NCBI GenBank assembly: GCA_965649825.1
Contig: OZ287708.1
Span: 670,780 to 734,779, forward strand
Length of the DNA stretch: 64,000 nt
Source of the DNA: Penicillus capitatus
Lineage: Eukaryota; Plantae; Chlorophyta
Direction: 5' to 3'
Each line of letters begins with the position of its first letter. The stretch's first letter is position 1. This document shows, in pieces, positions 28,045-36,730 of this stretch. The notes under the pieces were generated by a model. The model worked only from the letters and a program-made list of their open reading frames with translations. It ran no database searches and was not told the origin of the DNA. Position numbers and translations under genes: made by a program.

Positions 28045-28875
28045 ATGGAGACAGCAGTAGCTAAGGCTCCATGGGACATCCTTGCGCTCGATATCATGAC
28101 ATCCATGCCCAAATCAGAGAATGGATATCGAGCAGTGCTCGTGGTCGTGGACACGGCGTCCCGTTGGTTGGAGTTGTTGCCCTTGCGTTCTGATGACCCT
28201 CTTGAAGCCGCCTTTGTTTTGGAACAAAGCGTGTTTCTGACATTTGGCCCATCCACGTCCGTTCTCTTGCCAAGCGAGAAGGCCGAATTCGAGAATCCTT
28301 TTCCAAAAATTCTGAAGAAATACGATGTGAAGCCAGGCAACCTCGACCACGCTAACCCTCAAGTGCGAACGATGGTGAGCCGTTGCCTCAAAGAAGCAAA
28401 GCGAGACCTAATTCTGATGAAACGTGAATATCCGACTGTTCCGTGGGATCATTTGCTGAAACATGTGTCTTACAAACACCGCACACGTCGTCATGTCAGT
28501 ATGACATCCACCCCTCAGAAACTTGTCTTGCCATTTACGCCTATCGAGAACACAGAGACGACGGTGGATGAAGTCATGGCCGATGACGAAGATTGTGTCG
28601 ATCCGTCGGCATCCGTCTCTATTCGAGCACAACGGGATCATCGATTGGCTTTAGAGCAGGAACGCCATTGGTTTAAGTCGAAGCTGGAGAGCTTTGGGGG
28701 ATTGTCTTTGACACTGAAAGCAGAGGCCATGAAGTCCAAGATGCTGCTGGATCATTCCGCATCGGTGACGCTCGATGGGAAGTCTCTTACATCTCCATCA
28801 AAGGCAAAAGCCATGAGAAAGAAGACCAAACACTGCTGGAGAATTGCTTCCCTGGGCGGACGACCTGTTATGTGA
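28045..28875 (+). CDS. stand-alone Ty3/gypsy-derived integrase core (rve) protein with degenerate DDE triad
   Basis: PWDILALDIM..MPKSENGYRAVLVVVDTASRWLELLPL...VFLTFGP...W..LLKHVSYKHRTRRH...TPQKL follows the gypsy integrase core. No gag, RT, RNaseH or LTR nearby. Confidence 0.75.
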   Translation: METAVAKAPWDILALDIMTSMPKSENGYRAVLVVVDTASRWLELLPLRSDDPLEAAFVLEQSVFLTFGPSTSVLLPSEKAEFENPFPKILKKYDVKPGNLDHANPQVRTMVSRCLKEAKRDLILMKREYPTVPWDHLLKHVSYKHRTRRHVSMTSTPQKLVLPFTPIENTETTVDEVMADDEDCVDPSASVSIRAQRDHRLALEQERHWFKSKLESFGGLSLTLKAEAMKSKMLLDHSASVTLDGKSLTSPSKAKAMRKKTKHCWRIASLGGRPVM

Positions 28876-29171
28876 ATAAAGAGATCAGCCAGTCGTATGA
28901 ACTCGAGAGTCTTTGGATCTTTATGCATTGTGTTTCTGAGCAGCAGAAGTAGTCGCAGTAATAGTAGCCCCTTCTATTCGTGTGTTCATTTTTTGCTTGC
29001 CGTCGTCAGAATCTTCAGCCTTTCCTAACCTACCGCTATTCATTCTTTCATCGGGAAAACAACAAGAAAAAATCAAGTCGAGAAGGGAGAGCCCTCAACC
29101 GAGCGGCTTCGTTTTCTATCGCTTATTCATAAAACACTCTGAGAGCGAAAACGGCAGAAATTGACGTATTG

Positions 29172-29872
29172 CTAGCTCTTCACTACTTTGCAGTTGTAGT
29201 AGCACCACCACCAAGGGACTGGCAGATAATAGGTCTTGTATCCAGACATTGGACATGCGTCCGAGTAACGCATGTAACAACTGCAATCGTATAGCGGACA
29301 CGCAGGCCCATCTGGAATGCCTTCTCGAGCCGCATCTGTTGGTGATCCGTCTGCAGACGTCACCCGAAGTTTCTCTACGACGAACATCCCTTACGATTCT
29401 ATCTTGTTATTTCGGGTCTATCTACCTTGCCAATTGGAATGCGCACAGATCCGATGTGGCGTCAAGTCTGGTTTCGTCGCATTGAGTTTGTAGAGAAAGG
29501 GTTCAAAGACGCTGCCGAGAATACGAATGGCGTCCGTTTCGTTGATGACGAATCCCGTCGGCGGCTCTGTGATAAACCGATAGCCAAAGCTGTGTTTCGG
29601 AACACCATATGCCTCCGCCTTCATGTGTCTCTTTTCAAACTCGGCGATATCCCACCCTAAAACGACAGCAATAAGCGCAGAGGTGATCGAAGACAAGAGA
29701 GTATCACCTGAACTCTCCTTAAGGTCAGATGGACATGCACCCTCGACTGCATTCACCCTGTGTTCGGAACACGCGGAATGGCGAGATACATCAGATGCTG
29801 ACGTTGAGCGAGAGAGGCCGTTGCCGAGAAAGCGAAGAGCAGAAAGGCGACAAATGTGATGCCACGCGCCAT
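29172..29872 (-). CDS. orphan secreted cysteine-rich protein (4 exons)
   Basis: Signal peptide MARGITFVAFLLFAFSATASLA. Three GT-AG introns join in frame to a terminal exon with C-x4-C-x-C-x7-C...C-x3-C. Confidence 0.62.
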
Positions 29873-30282
29873 TCTGACGTTGTCGACGACGCCAGAAAGG
29901 ATCGTCAAACTTTGGAATCGAAGAGGTCAATGACTGCGATCTTGTCTCATGCGAAGTACATGCCACGTTGGCGTGTCTTCCACATGGCCATGACTTTCAA
30001 GACGCCATGTCAGTGACGATCATTAGCAGAACCACGTATACCGCACCACTGTTTTTATACGAGTCGTATCGGGGAAAAGCGTTGAACGCAAATCGTCCTT
30101 TTTGGAAGCAAAGGTCGACGCTTGTGTATTTTAAAGAATCCTATAAGAAATGAAAGGACGAGTGTTGTCTCGGATGTATAGTCGAATCGCTTAGCAGAAT
30201 GGTAGCAAGCGGGCGAAACCCGCTTCCGTTAGATCCTCCGTTCACAAAGGCAACACATTTCATCTGAATTCCGTCGCAGAGA

Positions 30283-31551
30283 TTAAATACATCGACTCTC
30301 GAAGAAACAATGCCTTCGCTGCGAAAGAGGGTTTTCGCTTTCCATTTCGTCAGATGGTGTTTTCAAACTGAGCTTAAGTTTCGCACACTGACCGGCGTCG
30401 GATCCAAGGGGATAGATATGCTCACCAAAACAGTCACACTTAATCTTGGCAACATCCGAGACGCGCATCATGCAACACGGTATTCGCCGTCGAATATCTC
30501 GCTGATAGGTCGTTCCTTTTGGCAAGTAAACAAACGACGCATCTCTTTGGTTGCACTACCGACTGGACAATGTCTCCAGATGATTAGTATTTCTCCATGG
30601 TGAAGATGACGCATGCTTCACATTCACAAAGGCTAGTAGCTTGCGCGATGTTGAAGCGTCTTGCGCGAAAACTTGATAATACGCACAAGAATGCTATTCG
30701 GTTGAAGAGAAACTTTTGCAGGTCCATTCGTAATGGCAGTTGGTGCTGACAACACGTTATCAGTCATCATCCTTAAACCCCATCCATGCGTTGAACAACG
30801 AGACGCGGCACCCGTTTCTATTCGCGTCTCGCTCAGACGGATACCGCTAAAAAATACTCTGGCATCACTTGTGCTGTGCGCCATTCGATCCCCGAGGCAG
30901 CATCGTCTCAGCGTCCATTCGGACCTGACCAACCAACCAACCATAACTACGCAGCACGGTGGATATCTAGGCAGCAACAAGACATTCCGTCCGTTCTCCG
31001 GATTTCTCAGCGCATTGCTGGACGTGTGCCTCTCGATGGATGGATGGATATTATCCGTGGTCCACAGAACAGCAAACGTGTCCCGTGCCGAAGACGACGA
31101 TTCACGCTGCTTATCCCTTTAGCGAATTCACACTGCGTTATCCACTCTGCATTGTAACCTGCTGACGGATTCCATTCCTCCCGGTTCCAAGAGAAACGGG
31201 TCCTTAGCAGTCGATGACGAGCGTACGTTGCCGTCATCATTACCTAATGCACTCAGGCAGATAAGCATGAGTGATCTCCTACTGGTCTGTGGAGGCACAT
31301 CTCCACAGTTTATCTGCCGTTCACGCCGTATCCGATGACGTTAGGCCATATACTTGTGGCTGGCAGAGCTCCAGCGGGTTTTCTTCATGCAATCGATGAT
31401 GCTTTTTATGACGCAGCCAGGTAGCACTTGGATTATTTGCCTTCCCGTCCATCCAAACATAGCAGTCGTTGGTCAGATAGCGTATCGCCGTTTGTCGACC
31501 GACTTCCGAAGGAGTCGTGTTCGGAGCATTAGTTTCTCGTTTCTGCCACAT
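30283..31551 (-). CDS. possible multi-exon hypothetical protein
   Basis: ATG 31551 and several open frames (31321-31551, ~30633-31110, 30283-30550) can be chained with GT-AG sites. The model is weakly constrained. Confidence 0.25.
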
Positions 31552-31571
31552 CGATGCCGACGGACTCTCCA

Positions 31572-32081
31572 ATGGCTTTTTACGGATGCAGTGGTCTAAC
31601 AGCAGATGCAGACAACGTGCTCGTCTACCCAGCCAATACGCACGTTCGCATTATTGGAAACAAAAGAACGCAGGCGTCGCTTACTGGCCAAGAGGGTATT
31701 GTGATTAAGACGGTCGGTCTGGGCGGATGGCACTGGTTGGAGCTGAAGAACGGCACAACTGTCAAAGTGCAACGCAATGCGCTCTGTCTGGTGGATGACG
31801 CTGCATCGGATAGCTGCTTTGAAGGAGCCTCGACTCCGTCTGAGAGATCCAGCACTCGTGGATGCTCAGAGTTCCATTCATTAATGGCACGTACCGCTGG
31901 CGGTGTCAACCTGCAGAAACTCAGCACGATGGCCTTGATGAGATACGCCCACCTCTATGGACTCCGCATCGGACCGCGCGTCAGTCGTGATGTCTTAATC
32001 AAACATGTACTGTGGCATTTCGAGTCGTTGTCGACCGACGAATCGTCGATTCTGACGTCTTTGTGCCAGCGAGGCCGTTAG
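31572..32081 (+). CDS. plant-type SAP30-related histone deacetylase complex subunit (AFR1/AFR2-like)
   Basis: HVRIIGNKRTQASLTGQEGIVIKTVGLGGWHWLELKNG..VKVQRNAL plus a Sin3-binding VNLQKL...L.RY...HF C-terminal domain. Confidence 0.85.
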   Translation: MAFYGCSGLTADADNVLVYPANTHVRIIGNKRTQASLTGQEGIVIKTVGLGGWHWLELKNGTTVKVQRNALCLVDDAASDSCFEGASTPSERSSTRGCSEFHSLMARTAGGVNLQKLSTMALMRYAHLYGLRIGPRVSRDVLIKHVLWHFESLSTDESSILTSLCQRGR

Positions 32082-32556
32082 GTTCTAGGAAATGATCATA
32101 CAGGAAGCAGATCGCACGTGTTCTCTGACTCAACATCTGAAGATCATTGAGAGATCAAATGCTTCCGTGTACGTACAAAGAATCTTAGGTGGTAGATTTG
32201 ACGATCTACATCAATGACATGTGTTTGTCCTTTCGGAAATGTCATCTCAGGCGGAGAGGTCTATTCTTAACACGTTTCTCTTGAACCTTATCATGTCTTG
32301 TTAGCATTTTTTGGAAACTGTACGAACACCCTGCCAGTTACCTACTTTGTTTGTTTGTTCGTTCGATCGTTACAGAATCGATTTGTTGAGTGTCTCGATG
32401 GACAGACAGAAAGATACACAACATCCTTCTTTTCATTTTTGCCGTTGCGTCTCTTTTATAAATTCTTTGTGGGGTCAGGATGATTTGGCCTTTGTGTCTC
32501 AAATCGAACGTCGTCGATTCGGACAACTACTCGAGCGGCGTGGATGGCGGCAATAC

Positions 32557-32984
32557 TCAGTCCTTCGTTATTTTCTCCATGCGACTTAACATCTCTTTCA
32601 TTTGCGCATCCGTCGCGCGTTCGATCGTGTAGTTGCCGGTTGGCAATTCCTCGCTCACCAGTTCGCCGAAATCTGTGATGTAACAGAAAGCAACGCCCTG
32701 ATCTGTTGTCATTTGACCCTCCTAAAACGCATGTTTTCCAAAAGACGGCGTCGAGATCGGCATGGTCTGACCTTTGTTGACGAAACGCCCTTAACGACAT
32801 AGTCTCCTGGATCGAGTCGATCACAGACGAGGTGCCCCTCTTCATTGACATAGCAATGAACCTCTTCTCCCTTCATCGCACGAACGGCGATGACGCGTGC
32901 ATTGAGCCGACGCGAGGGGAGGATCCTGTGACGAGGCAACGATGTCCTCGTGCCGATGACGGAAGAGGCGATGGTCAACTTCAT
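32557..32984 (-). CDS. small plastid-targeted protein with a duplicated ~25-aa motif
   Basis: Transit-like N-terminus. GT-AG intron 32722-32771 joins HCYVNEEGHLVCDRLDPGDY to FCYITDFGELVSEELPTGNY. Confidence 0.68.
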
Positions 32985-33030
32985 GATACGCACGTGTCAT
33001 CATTGACGGATTCTCAGATCGCTAATTGTG

Positions 33031-34726
33031 ATGGCGTTCGTCTGTCAACCGCCTTCACGTTTTGCATCGGCTAAAACATCGGTGGTATCTCGCCAGTTAA
33101 CCCGTCCAACGCGTCGGACTGTCGTCGCTGGCAGTCGTCCTCTTTCGACATGCGCCAAACGAACAGTCACCATCAAGCCACTGACGAGATGCAAGAGAGC
33201 ATTGTCTTTCTGCAACGCAGCCGAGAATCAAATTGGTGCGTTTCTATCGACAATGCCAAGAGAGTGTGGATCTCCTCCTCTCATGCCTTGATGGCAGAAT
33301 CGGTCGGAAGCGAAAGCAGCGAAGAGGGTTGGAAACGAACCCTATTGCTAGGCAGTCTCTTTGCTGGCTGGTATATAGCAAACGTCCTTTTCAACATGCA
33401 AGTGCCGTTCTCATCTCGCCAACTGCTTTCATACGCATTGTCTCGTCACACAGTTATAACAAGGGCGTCTTGTCAGAGTACCCATGTCCGATCACGTGCA
33501 CCTGCATTCAAGTAGAGGAATCCAGATAGAGAAAGAGATAAGATACATGGCTATGAATGCTGCAGTTCGGTGTGGGTTCGATCTTGGTCTTGTTGGCATG
33601 GATCACCCGACGCATCAAGATGCCTCGAATAAACAAAGACACCGTAGGCGCATACCTTCCACAATACGCGAGCCTCCATGTTCGGTTTGTGTGATTGCGA
33701 TGCTTAGTTGTTGGCTATTCTGCCATTGGCAGTGGTACACACCCTTGGAAACTCCTTCACGAATATCAGTCTTGGACAAGTTGCCGTTTCCTTCACGCAC
33801 ACCATCAAAGTTAAGCGCTCGTGAAGAAAGGTGATGTGATGGAGAGTGCATTGTAGGCAATGGAGCCTTTCTTTTCCGTCGTGCTGTCGGCGATTTTTCT
33901 GAACGAGAATCCAACACTGCCCGTTGTTCTCTGTCTCCTGCCGATCGTGGGTGGGGTTGCAGTGGCGTCCGTAACCGAGGTCATGCGCCTTTCCCCTCTC
34001 AGCGATCCATTCTCATTGACGTGACAGGCGACTTTTACGTGGACTGGATTTCTATCGGCCATGGGATCGAATCTGACATTTCAATCACGGAATGTCTTGA
34101 GCAAGAAGACCATGGGAAGCAACAAAGTGCGATGGCTGAGCTGCTACTGATCATAACTGACCTCTTGTGTCGGATGCAGTTGGATCTGGACAACATCAGT
34201 CTCTTCTCACTCATCACAATCGCATCATTCTTTCTTCTACTGCCATTTGCTTTTGCCCTCGAAGGAGACATGTACTCCATGACCGCCATGCAAATCTTGG
34301 TCTGTATGCTCTCTTTACCAAATCGGAAGTGAGATGTGTGGTGTTTGGAGGATATTAAGAATCCGGGGCAAACGATGGTCTCGGCTGCGATGGCTGGGCT
34401 CTTTTTTCACCTTTACCAACAGGTGTGTCCGTCTCGATGCATGCCGTTCATACTTCAGGTGACTGTTTGCAGATCTCCTATATGATTCTGCAAAGGGTGT
34501 CACCAGTAACGCACTCTATTGGAAATTGCATCAAAAGGGTGATCATTATTGTTGCCACCGTCATATTCTTTAAGAATCCAATGCCATTGCAAAATCAAAT
34601 AGGTGATCCTGTCCTCTTACAGAATGGGATGTGGACACTTTGTGTCCGATAGGGACGGGTGTGGCTCTGCTAGGGGTGTTCCTCTACTCGCAAGCAAAGC
34701 GTATGGGAAAGAAAAAGGTTACATAA
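33031..34726 (+). CDS. PPT: plastid phosphoenolpyruvate/phosphate translocator (TPT family)
   Basis: [10 protein letters not shown]|[36 protein letters not shown]|[39 protein letters not shown]. Confidence 0.9.
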
Positions 34727-34750
34727 GGGATGTCTTGCAGACGCAACTTT

Positions 34751-36568
34751 TTATCGAAATCGGGGATCTCCGAACGGCAAATACCAGTTTAGCAATTCCT
34801 GTCTCTCCATTTCTTTGATCCTCTCCATCTTCTGCATCTTCATAGCGCGCTTCTCCGCCCGTTTTCTCTTCTTGACGAGCTCTTCGTGTTTCGCTCTCAG
34901 CTTGGCATAGCGTATGGGATCGACCTCTTGAATCATGGGGTCAATCTTCAGTGGACCGTAGGGTCGATCCAACTTGATCCCTGTAACGGTCCATGAACAA
35001 GAGATGCCTTTATTCGAAGCAGCCTCTACCCAATCCTTTGAGAAGCTTCACTTTGTGTGGACTGAGTTTTTGTTTGAAATAGAGCTTGTGTTGTCGCACA
35101 AGCCACCGTGCGGCGATCGTCCAGTTGGGTTCTCTGACATTATGGTAGTCTTCCGGAATGTCAGGCGTGCCAAATTTCTCCTTGTAGCGACGAACGTGGT
35201 GAAACAGACTGTACCAGCGAGCGTCCAACTGTTACCGCCAGTATACATAGCAGGCAGAAGTGGAGATGGATGGCAACAAACCTGATGGACTTTCCATTCA
35301 AAATCGAGTTCATTGAGGCGCTCTACCATCCACTCTTCAATAATCTTGCGCTTGTGCTTTCTGCGAACACGATGCACCCACTCTCCCAAGACATGGGCAT
35401 CAAATACATTCCTAGATCACTGCTGCTGCATAGAAGTGGGTAAGTTTCTGCGGCGACCTTGGGACATGACAGGTGTAGTACTTAAGGCGCCATTCCTCTA
35501 GTTGTCTGAACATGGTCTCGAAATCCATCAGGGGTTTGTTTCCGTATTCCTCCACGGACTGCGAAAAGATTTCGGCATAGGTCTCATCATCCACGCGGCT
35601 TTCGGGCACGACCTTGCCCAAATCATAACCCAAACTTCTCAGTTTCAACACCTAAAATGCAGACTTTCGCCGCCACTGCCCCATCCAATACAGATAAAAC
35701 CTTATCAGGGGAGAGACGTCTTTCTTGATACAGGACTTTCTGTTCGCGAAACCATCGCGGAAAAGCATTTGGCCAATCATCCGTTTTCCATCTGTTTGGC
35801 ACATTCAGATTTCCATAGACAGCTTTGAATCTCCGCAGTTCATGAAACATCGTGTGCCACACGGCATCTTCCTAACAGACAGCACCGGCTCATGGAATCA
35901 CACATCCTCTATTCAATGAGAGCCGATCGAACAATGTCACGTGACCAGATGAATCCAGTCTCTTGGAGCAGATCCCGTTCTTGCACGGTCATCCATCTCA
36001 GATTGTAACGTGTTTTCTGTTCGGATACCCATTTCCCCAGCTCTTGATTATCCCATAGGGTCTTTGGCACTTGGAGATCGTGGTAGAGCTTCTTGAACAC
36101 CTTCAGCTCCTTTATTTTCACGAGGAAATCTTCTGACGGCTCTCCAGATGGGAAACTGTTGGACGAGTGCGGCCTCTGGAACGGTCGCTTTCTCCAACGC
36201 TGCTGCGCTTTCAGTTTCTTCAAACTCGTCACCGCATTGTCCGTCATTTCGGGATCTGGTAACTGGATCACACGTGAACGTGGACGCTGTTCACCCAGAA
36301 TCAATGCATCATCTTTATGATCCGCCACACTCTAGCCCCCACTCCACACAGGAACCGCCTTCTCAGAAGACATCACCTGTGGTACGGGTGCCCATTCGCG
36401 CGGAACCGTTCGTCGAGGGGGTGGTGCGCGTCGAGGGGTATTGGGTAGATTTCTTAAGCGAAAAGGCTTAGCTGGATGTGTCTCGCTCGAGAAATGGTGC
36501 ACGATAGGGACAATATACCGATGGGCTGTAAGCATCGCCTTTCTCAGCATGACCGCGTTAGGTCGCAT
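34751..36568 (-). CDS. helicase-associated (HA) domain repeat protein, probably mitochondrial
   Basis: Four W/F..MF..L..F...YG...VP.....LG.WV..Q.......L......L..LGF.W repeats. Basic presequence-like N-terminus. No helicase motifs. Confidence 0.8.
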
Positions 36569-36730
36569 CCAATGCTCTGCATTTCATCCATTTCGAGCGT
36601 CGTACGTTTGGCGTCGGTTCTTTTGCGTCGTCGTCAGCGCCATCATACATTCCCTCTTGAGCTCTTACCTCTTTCGCTAAGTAGTGGTCGGTGAACGCGT
36701 TTGTGCCTCGGGTGCGGACTTCTATCTAAG

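Noticed and set aside
28045-28875. Active LTR retrotransposon
   Set aside because: No LTRs, gag, protease, RT or RNaseH are adjacent, and two of the three catalytic residues are lost.
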